Source of the DNA: Tubiluchus corallicola
Lineage: Eukaryota; Animalia; Priapulida
Reading direction: 5' to 3'
Assembly: GCA_030141605.1 (NCBI GenBank)
Contig: JAQGDQ010000005.1
Coordinates: forward strand, 124,001 to 188,000
DNA: 64,000 nt
Shown here: one piece after another, positions 38,756-50,672 of the stretch
How the letters are laid out: the number at the start of each line of letters is the position of its first letter
Numbering within the stretch: the first letter of the stretch is position 1
Notes under the pieces: model-generated
Seen by the model: the letters and a program-made list of their open reading frames with translations, nothing else
Told to the model about the DNA's origin: nothing
Databases searched by the model: none
Position numbers and translations under genes: made by a program

Positions 38756-40539
38756 AGATCACTAAAATTGTGAAAAATTAAGAACTTTCTTTAAGTAAAT
38801 TATGAACTTACAAAGCAAAGAGCGTTATTATAGCTCAAATTTAATAATTAGCGCAAACAGACTGACTCACAAGAAAGGCTAATAATTTATTGTTCCATAC
38901 AATAACCTGAGCTTAACGTTCTTCTTTTTAATGGGGGTTTTTATGCGTGAAGCTACTAAAACAGGTTATTTTGCGTGCTCTTTGTTCTATTTGCCTTGTT
39001 TAAAACTATCTTTTATTTTATTTCTAGGTGTATCATCTTAGATGCTTTTTAGTCGCGAGCATTGATTTCAATATTCGTGTTTTAGCAAACGACAATTTCC
39101 AATTAATTTGTAGCGCTGAACAGTTGTTATACATAATTATAATTATATAAACACAAATCGCGGTAGGCTTATCCATAATATACTGCTAGAAAATCATTGT
39201 CGCAGTGATAAATCGTGATTACGAATACATCACCTGTAAACAAACACAGAACACGTGACCAATCACGTGCCACCTAAAACAAAACCAGCAACAATCGAAG
39301 TTTATTTGATCAGGTCGTCACGATGTGTACTGGCTGTGTTGAGGCAGCCAATTAAAGCAACTGGAAACAATTCATCTGGGCACGTGGATTCGATGCGTTT
39401 AGTGAAAAGCAAATAACTAGTTAACAAGATGAAGCGAGGGTGGCGCGTGCCGCCGTAAGTGGCCGCCATGTTTTATTGCTCCAATTGTTTCGATAAGCCA
39501 CGCACGCCCAGGCTTCTATAAGCTCCTCCTAGGGGCAGATTAGCTAGAGCTCTGTTTTCTTTTTTTCCCTTCGCTTTATTCGCTTCGCTCGATTTGCTTG
39601 TAAAATTCCGTCTGCAACTCAAAAGATTACTAGTGTCATATGTTTCAGAAACAGTTGAAAAAACCATTTGCTTCTGATAAAATTCACATACATTAGGAGA
39701 AATTTAACTGCTTTAAAAATTAGGTTATTTCAATATTTTGTCACAAACGCTCAAGAATACGTGTTCCTTCTTTTTATATTTCATAACACTGTAATTACTT
39801 AACATCTGCAGCCTTTCGACATAGGTATCTTTTGTCGTTATACCTGTTGAAATTATTAATAGGCCTAATTCATAAATGAAATAAACAATTGAGATGGTAT
39901 AATGCATCGAGATGGTACAATTATTATGCTGTCACGGGTCAGGGAAGAACCGATTAGCATTTCATAATGATCACCTGAAAAGTAGGAAAAAAGTCAATTT
40001 TAATTAAGTATGGTAAGTTTCTATCTTAGATATTTTCAGATGACATAACAGAGTGCTACAAAAAGCCCCAAGTAGGTTGCGTGTCGTACACGAAATGACG
40101 TTAGAACAATTTTCTCTGTTTTGTTCTTACAATGTAATCTAAAAAATAATTGTTTTGCAAAACATTTAGCAGAAGTATGTCGTATATTTTCTAGTGAATG
40201 AGTACAGGGTGCCATTTTGCTGAGTATTATTTTGTTTCGCTCACTTAAATGGTTGGTTTGGCTTTATAGTTCTCTAAACATCTGTCCCGTAATTACTATA
40301 TAAAGCCTATAAGATTATGTTAAACTGCACTTACCCTTATAAGTGTTCATGTAAATCTCAACTGTAAACGTTACCAGTTTCAACTTATTCTCTTTGTGCG
40401 TTAACAGCTAGCTTCTTAAGTATCTTTATTATAATATGCCGTACTGAATTAAAAATGCCAAATAGACATACGTCTTTCTCCATAACACGCTTAGCATATT
40501 TTGTCCTTTTAGCATAACTTTAATATAATGAGTAATCTG

Positions 40540-40655
40540 TAGATAATGATGCGGACGATGACTACAAGTGATGACGATGATAATGACAAGGATGACTAGA
40601 AGGATGATGACGATGATAATGATGAGGATGTTATCAACGACGATGATGATAATCT
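40540..40655. repeat. Degenerate (GAT)n microsatellite
   Basis: Direct reading. Confidence 0.85.
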
Positions 40656-41008
40656 CGTCACTTTATAATTAGGCATGAACTAATATTTTCCGGGAAGTGT
40701 ATGTGGGGTGGTCTCCTGCGAACCACCTGCCAGCAAATCACTTTGACAAAAGGATTAGTTTTAACCCATTCTCTAATGGCTGATTTTTCAGTGGAGGTAT
40801 AGCTGAGTTTAATTGACCGATTATAAGGATATGCAAGTTAATAGCAACTCACTATTACTACGTTTACACGTTTATTCGTATTTACCTCATGTTTTTTCTT
40901 AATGAAACTTTAAATCTAATTTAGGTTCGTAACGCTTTGCGTAACAATAAGTTTTTGCTTCTAGATAAGTTTTTATTAACATGACGGTTAAGACCACATA
41001 TACGCGAG

Positions 41009-41009
<1 letters not shown>

Positions 41010-41052
<43 letters not shown>

Positions 41053-41116
41053 TTATAGTTCTTTATGTATAGGATATATTCGTTATTTATAGGATATATA
41101 TATATAGTTCTTTAGG

Positions 41117-41153
<37 letters not shown>

Positions 41154-41246
41154 GTATATATATGTATGTATGTATGCATGTATGCATGTATGTATATATG
41201 TATGTATGCATGTATGTATGTATGCATGCATGTATATATGTATGTA
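41010..41246. repeat. (TA)n and (TATG)n compound microsatellite
   Basis: Direct reading. Confidence 0.95.
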
Positions 41247-42694
41247 TTTCAAGTGGAATTTTTCGCTTGAAACGCTATCTGAAGGATTTATTATGGCCTG
41301 GAATTATATGCGTCTATATTACATTATGTTGTGTTACAAATGGCTATCTATACTTGTTCTAAAATAATCCCTTGCAAAATTTTTTGGCGAATGAAAAAGT
41401 GACTACGTTGACTTTGTTCCTCTCTTGTTTGATCACCGTAGTCCATCATGCAAGATAAGACCAGTAAACATTGTAATCAACAAACAATTATCATGTTTAT
41501 TCAAGTAGCCACTCAATATATAGTGTCCACTTTACACTCCTTTAGCTACATATCAGCAGCTCATGCAAGTACCACGTTTATTTACATTCATAATCATCAA
41601 GTTTTGGGCTCGTGGCAATGGACCTATGCTATTGTATGTTACGTACTTACATAGAGGAGCGTCACATGCACCTGTTCCTCATCTAGTAGACATGTACTCT
41701 AAATAAACATACTCATCAGGTCCATTTAATCACCTGTCTTCATTAAATCATGAAAGTTTATCGATAGGCAAATATTGTAGGTATGAAACGATACTTTAAA
41801 TGATCTGTCAATCCTATAATCAGTTTGTTTATACGATCCAAGGTTTGAGAGCTTGGAATTATTCAAGATCATTGTGAAATCCATGTGCAGTTTTGAACTT
41901 TACAGTGCTTTTAATCGACTAATTTCGCTCATGTGTATAACTAAAGAAAGATGAACTGTACACAAATTAAGAAAAGTACATGTACTCACAAGTTATTTTA
42001 CTTTATATAGTTTATTTTGTACATAGTTGCTGCTGTCTACTCACTGAAATGAATAAACGTTTATTGCATCGATAACTCTTTAAAGAGTTAGAGTTAGTGC
42101 TCTTTCGCCTCTGTTAACATAAGCAAGTCTTATTGTTGAGTGTTGTGTATAGGTGTGCAATATGGCAATTGCCAAACATTTTATAAAAAAATAAATGCTA
42201 AGCAAGCCGACAAGGGAAACTATAATGGAGTTTTATGCCACATCTCACACCATCTTTTGTAAATCTAGGTGGCAAGCACATCGTTTAACAACGCTGATAC
42301 AGGTGTTACATTTTTCGTTATTTGGGAAATTGGGTCTCAGTTAAATTCCCGATCATGGCCGAACTTTCTGGCGACAGGGAAGAAATACCATGCATACAAC
42401 TGAAAAAGTACGACTGACAAGCTGCATTACGCACTGGCTTTTCGAAGTTCTTAAATTGGTTACATGTTGGCTTCGATGATTTGGAAGTATAAATGCGATA
42501 TTGCAAAAACTTCGAAATACTTGGCCCGTGTTGGTAGATTCGAAAATTGGAGTGGGGACGTGCTCTATCAATTTTTTTCAGAGAAGGAAAGGATATTTCG
42601 CTCATAAAGGGATTTGCATCCATGGTTTGTCTAGAACTACGAACAGAAATATGACGTCATTGGCTTAGTTGCCTAACTCGCAGGATGGCTCGAA

Positions 42695-42755
42695 AAATCA
42701 TTAATAATAAACTATAAGCTCTTGGAAATCATTAATAATAAACCATAAGCCCTTG
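42695..42755. repeat. Two-copy about 31-bp tandem repeat
   Basis: aaatcattaataataaactataagctcttgg followed by aaatcattaataataaaccataagcccttg. Confidence 0.85.
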
Positions 42756-45700
42756 TGCACACAGAGCCAGGGTATGACGACTGTCATGTTGACAGAGAAT
42801 ACGTTGGACGTACACTTTTAACGATTGAATGCTTCTTTCATCTATTGATTGCCTAAAACACTGGGACGAAAGTTAATGTGTAAACCTGTCAGAAATGTAG
42901 GAAAATCAGTTCCTGCAAGAAAAAGTTTTTCGTTTATGTTTTAGTATAATTTATTTTTACTTCTATTTTTATATAATAAATAAAATGTAATAAATATAAA
43001 ACATATAATAAAATATAATAAATGTAATATTATAATTATATAATTTTATTACGTTTTATAAAAATCGTCCGCATGCACGTCGAGGTAAGCAGGAAACTAA
43101 AAATATGAAAAGAGGCCAAAGAAATGGAATTCTTATAATTAACCTGCTAGTGATCGTATATTGTTTCAGCGGGTGAAGTCGTAGTTACTAGTACCGGGAT
43201 CACAGTAATAATACTAGTATCAGTTTACTGATAGAGAAAACTACAAATGGACGAAGCCCGAGAAAAAAATTTAATTGATAAGGAGCTATTCCACAGGAAG
43301 ACAGTTTAGGAGCACTTAGTACTACTGTTGCGAACAAAATGTGGAAGTTTTGTAATCAGTGACAAGAGGGCTGAGAACATCCAAAGAAGTGGCGATATAA
43401 CAAGTTTAATGTAGCAACTGACCTTTGATGAATGAAATTAAAAGTGCACGTGCGATTTACATGTGTTGTGCAGAAATCAGCACAAATTCAGTCCAAGCCC
43501 TCGCGCAGCCTGTCATAAAAACTGCTTCGCTGGGAAATATTATTTGCTGTCAACCCAATGTTTAACAAGCTCGGGGAAATTTGATCAGGTGTGCTTATAC
43601 TTTATTAAAATTATACCTGGCATTTTATAACGACACAATATAGTGCATGCGCAATTGCATATGGTGAATACTAAATAATTTTTACTGCTGATTATTAAAC
43701 ATTTTTTTATTAATTATGACGCTCCGAAACGTTCATATTTCTTCTTCAGTTATGAGAACTGCAAAATAATTCAGGTTAAATAATTTACAATGCGATATTA
43801 TCAAATTGATAATGAAAAATTGATAGTTTAAAATTAATAATTTAAAAATCGCTGGATGAATTCTATAGGTGAAATTCATATAAAATAGGACGATAATTGT
43901 TAAGACGGAACCTTTACTGAAGTGAATTAAATACAAATGTAAATGTGAAAGCGTAAAAAATTGTAAACTCTATTAAACCTGTTAAGCGTAGGAATAATAT
44001 AACGCGCAGAAGTTTATTCACGTAGATTTAACAATTTTTGGTACAATTTTGTGATCTTCTTGCTGTATACATGCAAGAGCATAATCTGTGAGTAGATATA
44101 AAGTTGATATACTCATGCCAAATTATGTAGTCACATCTACATGTATATGATTTTCAGCAATTACATGAATTATAATTATTTTAAAATTCGACATTGACAG
44201 ATTCCACGGCTTGCTTTGCAGGAACAATATTCAACGAATATGCGAAAATTGTAACTTAGGCGAAATAGAAAACAAGATACATTTCCTTCTTACAATACAC
44301 AAAGTAAACTAATACACACAGTCCTTTTTACAATTCACAAACAAGGGATTTATTTCAAAAATTTTGTCACATTGAACAAGATTTCATTCAACTGGTGAAT
44401 ACTGGAAAAATTGGTTTTATTATGAATACTAATGTTTTACTAGACGCCTTGCTCGCTTTATACAAAATTCCTACCTGAAGAGGCAAAAAGAAATTTGTAA
44501 GCATATCTGTCAGTTTTGTGTAACCGTTTCCAAAATCGTTAAGTGATTTTTTACCATGTATGTAATGATGTTATCCGTATGAATATTGCTACGTGTACAC
44601 GTTAAGAAAAATTTTGGCCTTAGTAGGTGGTGACTTGTAAGCCTAAATGGCTGGATTTATGTCTAAAGTTTTGTCATAGTTTTTGTCACAGAAGCGTAAA
44701 AATGATTGTAATGTATGATCGGTGTAAACATGTCACTTTAATAAATATTTTCTCACTCACTCACTATTACAGAAGTATAAGCCTACATAATCGATGAAGC
44801 TAATGAAAATAAATGAAAGATACTATGTCTTTTCTTTTTTAATTTTGTATCAGGTAAAGCTCAAGTTCATTACACTTGATACGTTACCTGAACAACGGGT
44901 TGCAATTTGACGCATGTGCTAGATTCACACGCGCGGCATCCCTTTATACAGCTCCTCTTTTATACTCGTATAAAAAACAAGTTGACCATAGCGTACAAGT
45001 GTGTGTACTTTCTGGGTACTTACTGTTCTAGCACGTGTCAAGCAATTTACATTAAACAACTAGAGGCTACAACTTGCGGGCCAGAAATTTGGTAAACACA
45101 CCGCCTTTGAATGTCCCCGGTAAGAGAAAAATCACGCAACCCTTTGGATTAAACGTTTTCAACACGTGTATCAATTCTTTTTCGCTTTTTTACCTGATGT
45201 AAAATATTTCCTGTTTGCAGTAATTATTGCATAATAATTGAACAATAATTTGAATGTAATAAATAAGAATAGCGTGATCAACTCATTGTTCCTGGCTAAT
45301 TTTGCAAAGGTGTCTCGCCTGGGAAAAAATAGTACAATAGGGACAGTTTTGTGCTTGTGGTTGTATTGTAAAACATCTATTATTATGCCGAATGGTTTTC
45401 TTCAAGCGAGTAATTGCAAGAAAAAAGTTTAAAGTATATTTTTTATCATTTCAATTTATTGAATCATGGATAAAAATGGATAAGGGAGATAAAATTTGAA
45501 AACATAAGTAGCGTAAATATGGTAGTTATAGTTAACACAAAAAGGCTCTACAATTTTGTAAGTGAATTAGTGAAGACAGTTAATTACATTAAAAAAATTT
45601 TTGGTGAAATAACCCATAATTGTTATTAGACATCTGATATTTGTGTATTGAACGTAGCAGCATATTCAACAAGCAAAAATAGATACGCACTGAATGATAA

Positions 45701-46182
45701 AAAACGACAAAGTACCTGTTTGAAGACAGTAGAGCGAACGAAATAAAACATTCTTGCGCTTTAGATGGGCGACGAAAACGTAAAAAAATCGCAGATTTTC
45801 TTACAGCACATTTTAGAATTAGAATTAGAATTTAGAATTGTTATTATTTTAAGCCGATCATGCGCGTATGCAGTGGGTCATCAGAAATATAAGAACTTTT
45901 GAGATTTACTTTATATTAAACAACAATTTTTCACACAAGAAAGCAACAACAATGTATGTCACAAATGTTGTTAAATTATTAATTTGCAACAATCGACAGG
46001 AGGCGCTGCATTTTCCTGGAAGATTAAATTATCAAGTGTTTGACCTTTCTACCTTTTCAACGGAATTACCCTTTTCAGTACACTTGATCAAATCCTCCTC
46101 CGTCCCCTTAGCTATGCCAGTGTCAGTAGACCCAACTGATTAGTGCGACATTTTGACTTTCAAACGCTAAACTGCATAAAAA

Positions 46183-46370
46183 CATTCATCATCGTTCTTT
46201 ATCATTATCATTGTACATTCATCGTCATTCTTTATCATTATCATTGTACATTCATCATCATCTGCACCTTCACTGCTGTTACAGTCAACATTATCATCAT
46301 TATCATCATCGCTATCATCATCGTCGTCACTATTATCAGCAGCAACAGCAACAATAGCTACAGCAGCAGA
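46183..46370. repeat. Degenerate (ATC)n/(CAG)n tract with a 33-bp internal duplication, upstream of Ptf1a
   Basis: Direct reading. Confidence 0.85.
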
Positions 46371-46539
46371 GATGATTAATATAACAGAGATGATTAATGT
46401 GTTTTTATGTAATTCTTTGTATCGTAAAATTTGAGACAATCATGTTCTTCTTGCAATCAGATTAATATGCATTTACTGAGACTTATCAGCACAAACCTTT
46501 CACCGCCAAGCATACGCTACTGATTGACATCGCTTCTCT

Positions 46540-46665
46540 ATACTGGCACACGTCTGCTTGCCATTCATTGGCTACCTGTAACTGAGCCACGCGACGCGAC
46601 GCGTTCCATTAAACGCTGTTGATACGTACTCATATAAAACCAGAGTCTGCGTGTGGTTTAGACGG
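46540..46665 (+). promoter_or_regulatory. Ptf1a core promoter
   Basis: TATAAAA at 46633-46639, about 50 bp before the ATG; reverse CCAAT (ATTGG) at 46567; local CpG-rich patch. Confidence 0.6.
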
Positions 46666-46688
46666 GCTTATACACTCACAGTTTAAAC

Positions 46689-47136
46689 ATGGATAACATG
46701 ACCCTAGAAGGCATTGGGAGACAATTCCTACAAGAATTTGATTTGAATTTGTCATCGGAAGATGAGTATGGGATGTACAGTGACTCCCCTACCAGTTCGC
46801 CTTACTCCATCAATGTGGACCAAGAGAACTTGTCCTCGAAGCATCGACGGAGGAAGAAGAGGTGTCCACAACAATTAGTGCATCAGCGTCAAGCGGCAAA
46901 TCTGAGAGAGAGAAAACGAATGCAGTCTATAAATGACGCGTTCGAAGGACTGCGTTCACACATTCCTACGTTACCGTACGAGAAAAGATTGTCTAAAGTG
47001 GACACGTTGCGGCTAGCCATTGGCTACATACATTTTCTAACAGAGCTGGTCGACTCGGACAAGCAAGGTTCGGCACAAAATTCGGACAGTTTGCGCGCAC
47101 AGGAACACAAAAAAGTGATAATTCAATGTCATAGAG
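46689..47136 (+). CDS. PTF1A: Pancreas transcription factor 1a (Ptf1a/Fer1-type bHLH), exon 1
   Basis: b[59 protein letters not shown] followed by [10 protein letters not shown]; donor AG|GTAC in phase 1. Confidence 0.95.
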
Positions 47137-49983
47137 GTACGATTACTGATAAATATAAAATTGTCTTAATGTTGGTAATTCTAAATTGAAAGGTTTTTAT
47201 AAACTGATATTGGTATACTTAAATATAAAGCTATAGCGAATAATACTATATAAAGCTCGTCCCGTTAAAATAACTTACAACTATTAAATAAAAAACTCGC
47301 CTGTTAGAATTTTAAGCGTACGGCCTGCAAATCAGTTCTAGTGACAAAACCCTTTTTAGATGAACCTAAAAAGCACATGGACTAACTATAGTTAAATATA
47401 ATAATTATAATTAAGTATTAATTATTTACTAAATTAATTCTTTAATTAATTTTCAAAAGAAATTAAAACAACTTTTAATATTATTGTATACACGCTGAAA
47501 CTGACGAATGTTTTAATTATACCTAATTAAAGCCTATAAAAATTTATATTTTGATTATAAAAATTATAGCTCCATTTGATAAAATTACTAAAAATGCAAA
47601 AAGCGTTTTCTTATTTTATTATTATTTCTCTTATACATTCCAAACCTGTCCCAGCAATTATCTACGTCTTATAGTAATAAATTATTTTTACTACATTGTA
47701 TAAAATGATAGAAAGCAAATAATAATATTATGTGTATATCAACTGATATCTTTGAACGCGTGTCTGTTAAACTTAGCTATCATCTATGAAGTATCTTCTT
47801 CGTTTACCTGTCAATCATAACCGTGTCATCAGCAAATAAGACTTCATCACTGATATATAAATTTACCAAACAAGTCTACGTAATGAACTTTTTACATAGG
47901 TATCATTACCGCACATCACATAAAATTTCACAACAAAAATGTGACTTTGCTAAACTTGCTAATCTCATATTAGTAAATGACTTACAATAATAATTCTTGG
48001 ATAAATGATAAACACCTGCTTTTATATGCCAGTCAAGTGTCTTATGGTGTAAAATTACCACTATAAATCATTTTAAAAATTTAAAAAATAACAGTATAAT
48101 GCATAGTCTTAACAGACAGTAACATAACTAGTGGGATGTGAAATATTTCCACACTAATCTCAAGATTTTGCAACTGGAAAAACTGATTGGTTTAGAGGCA
48201 AAAAATACGAACTACTTTCAATTAATACGCATTTATTTTTCAATCTTTTTATCGCAGTACAACATTTCTGAGACGGCGCGGTGACAGACTGGCACATTAA
48301 ACTAAGCGATCAATTGAATGATACTAAAATTAAATTGATAGTGGTTATAGAATAAACGATTGTTCGGGGCAAATAGGGTATTCTTATTGTTAAACCAGAA
48401 AGGAATGTTGGCCAAACTCGCTACCACCAAGTAATACTGCTGGGATACTCAATAGACAGAGAGGAAATAGTTTATGTGGGGACAAGCAGGACATTGTTGT
48501 GAGCTTTTACCTTTGGATATGTTACTTTGGAAACTAGCTTATGTTGTGCTAATTGTGTGTTCAGTAAGCACTTGTATTTGTTTCGCAGTTTTAAGTAACT
48601 TTAAAAAACGTTTCGAGCTTAAAGGTATATCAGCTTCTGTCAGTTCTATAACAATTTTAGCAGATAGCGATATCAATAATAAGATAAGGCTGGTTAAGTC
48701 TACTAACAAAAGAGACGAATGATTATAATACGGTTGGTTTAATTATCAAAGTAAAAGTCAATAGCTTATTCAGAGTAAAAGTCGAACAGCCAAAGTATGA
48801 ATATTTAACTTTTTTATGTCGTGTAAAACATAGTCTCCGATTTACTACGTTGTGCACAAACCCCATAAATTTTCCTTATTTGGCACAGATTTCTGCATTT
48901 ATTGGCTCACAATAAAGGCCTAACAACAAAAAGTTTGAAGAAGTAATATAGTTGTAATTTCAGCATAATGCTTACCTTTTTCAGCCAATTATGTAGGCAC
49001 AACGCAAAATTCTTAATCAATATTTTCGCATTTCACTACAATAATTAAGCAGGTATAATATGAACAACACTGCAATTCACCCCTTTCGCATGTATAAGAA
49101 TTATTCATCAATCTCAAGCCTTAAATGCCTATTTACCTAGTCCCTGGTTCGGCTGCGTTAACAGTTTAACGATTTGCCGTGTTTTGGATTAAATTTATAA
49201 TATTTTGAAAGAAAAACCGCGTATAGCTTCATTGCTTTAAATTGGTTATCTGTATACGAGATGCAATTTTATTTCTCGTAACCCATGTAGTAAATAAAGT
49301 TATGAATTTAGCTGAGTTGCCGGAAGTATTATTCTTTTTTCACGTTCTTCTTACATTTCAGCTAATAGTAAAACAAAAGGCACGTGTGTCTGGCCTAATT
49401 AGAAAAAAGGGCAAGTCAAGCTAATTACATCATTCAGTTAGATTAATTAATCAAATTTAAAATTTATAGAAAAAATAAGGACAACCATTTCGTTCAGCCA
49501 GATTTTAGCGCGACACAACACTTTTTCCAATTTGAAAATTCTAAAATGAGATATTGGAAGATAAAAAGTCCCAGCTGTAAATTGAAGTATTGCTAAATCT
49601 GTTTTCTTCATGAAATCAACACTTTTACAAGTTAAAAAATGGTGCTTAGTTTTTTATTGCAGATGTACGTTCTATTCTGATGATAGAATGGTAAATACGA
49701 AAAAATATAATATAATGTCAATGTATCATAAAAAACTTATTGATATTCTTCATGGCCGTTAAAATATACAAAATGAACTTGCACTAATTTCAATAGTTAT
49801 TATTAACCTTTTGTTTATTCATTGTAAAAATATTTTAAATTGAAATAACACTGCGGAGTTTGCATCACTGACACTTCCATTAAATGATCTTTATATTTTA
49901 ATATAGCTATGCTAGTACAGGTGGCTCTTACTCACATATATTACTGTTTTTGCAGAACTTATCCAATTCGTCTATTTTTGCAG

Positions 49984-50150
49984 TGCAATCTGATGAGATG
50001 CTAGGCTTACCGCCTCTGGCTGGTCATTCGCTCTCATGGGTCAAAGGTCACGAAGAGGGCGTTGGCCAGAAGAAACATGCAAAGGTGTGGACACCTGAAT
50101 ATCCTCGTAATGTCGGCGAGCAACAGTCGCCATCGTCAACATCATTATGA
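49984..50150 (+). CDS. PTF1A: Ptf1a exon 2 with the RBPJ/Su(H)-binding C1 and C2 motifs (204-aa protein to the first stop)
   Basis: tttttgcag acceptor in phase 1; encodes LPPLAGHSLSW and AKVWTPEYPR; ends with TGA at 50148-50150. Confidence 0.93.
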
Positions 50151-50672
50151 CTAGACGACGTTGAAGAACCGCCGCCGGATGATTTGACATTAAAAGTGCA
50201 ATCAACTTGTCGTACTGACTACCCAAACTGGAATGTTGCGCGAAAGAAAGTACTTTTATCTGAGCAATCATGGCGAAGAAATGGCTCAGAGAAGCCATAT
50301 TTACCAGTAACTACCAGCGAAACAAAGGTGGGCAAAGGCTCTCTAATAGGTGAGAAGTTGGCATCAGATAATACGGTTTCACATCAAAGTCTTGTATTGC
50401 CAGAAATAACTGGAAACCTGGAGTTACAGACGCCCAGCTGGCTGAAAACAACTGGCACAGTTCTACAACTTTCAACTAATACTTTAACACGTGCAAATTC
50501 CTCTGTTTCTGAGTTTCCAAATACAGCTCGAGAAAGAAACGCTTATTCTTCTTGTTCTTCAGAACAATGGGATGGTTCTTCAGTGACGTCATCACAAGAT
50601 ATTCTTGACAGTTCTTTAGATTCAGCATACCATTCAGATGAATCCTCTGAAATCCAGAATGTAGATTTATAG
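50151..50672 (+). CDS. Predicted stop-codon-readthrough extension of Ptf1a (173 aa)
   Basis: TGA-CTAG context; the same frame stays open (LDDVEEPPPDDLTLKVQ...EIQNVDL) to TAG at 50670-50672 and contains no Met. Confidence 0.65.
   Translation, partial: LDDVEEPPPDDLTLKVQSTCRTDYPNWNVARKKVLLSEQSWRRNGSEKPYLPVTTSETKVGKGSLIGEKLASDNTVSHQSLVLPEITGNLELQTPSWLKTTGTVLQLSTNTLTRANSSVSEFPNTARERNAYSSCSSEQWDGSSVTSSQDILDSSLDSAYHSDESSEIQNVDL

Noticed and set aside
47137-47189. C-terminal part of the 166-aa Ptf1a ORF in the track
   Set aside because: Runs past the AG|GTAC donor into the intron; the conserved C1/C2 motifs are in exon 2.
50148-50150. Selenocysteine decoding of the Ptf1a TGA
   Set aside because: No redox-motif context and no SECIS recognised by eye; the CTAG context points to ordinary readthrough. 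A SECISearch run would settle it.
50184-50672. 162-aa ORF as an independent gene
   Set aside because: Starts at TTG, has no Met, and is in frame and contiguous with Ptf1a.
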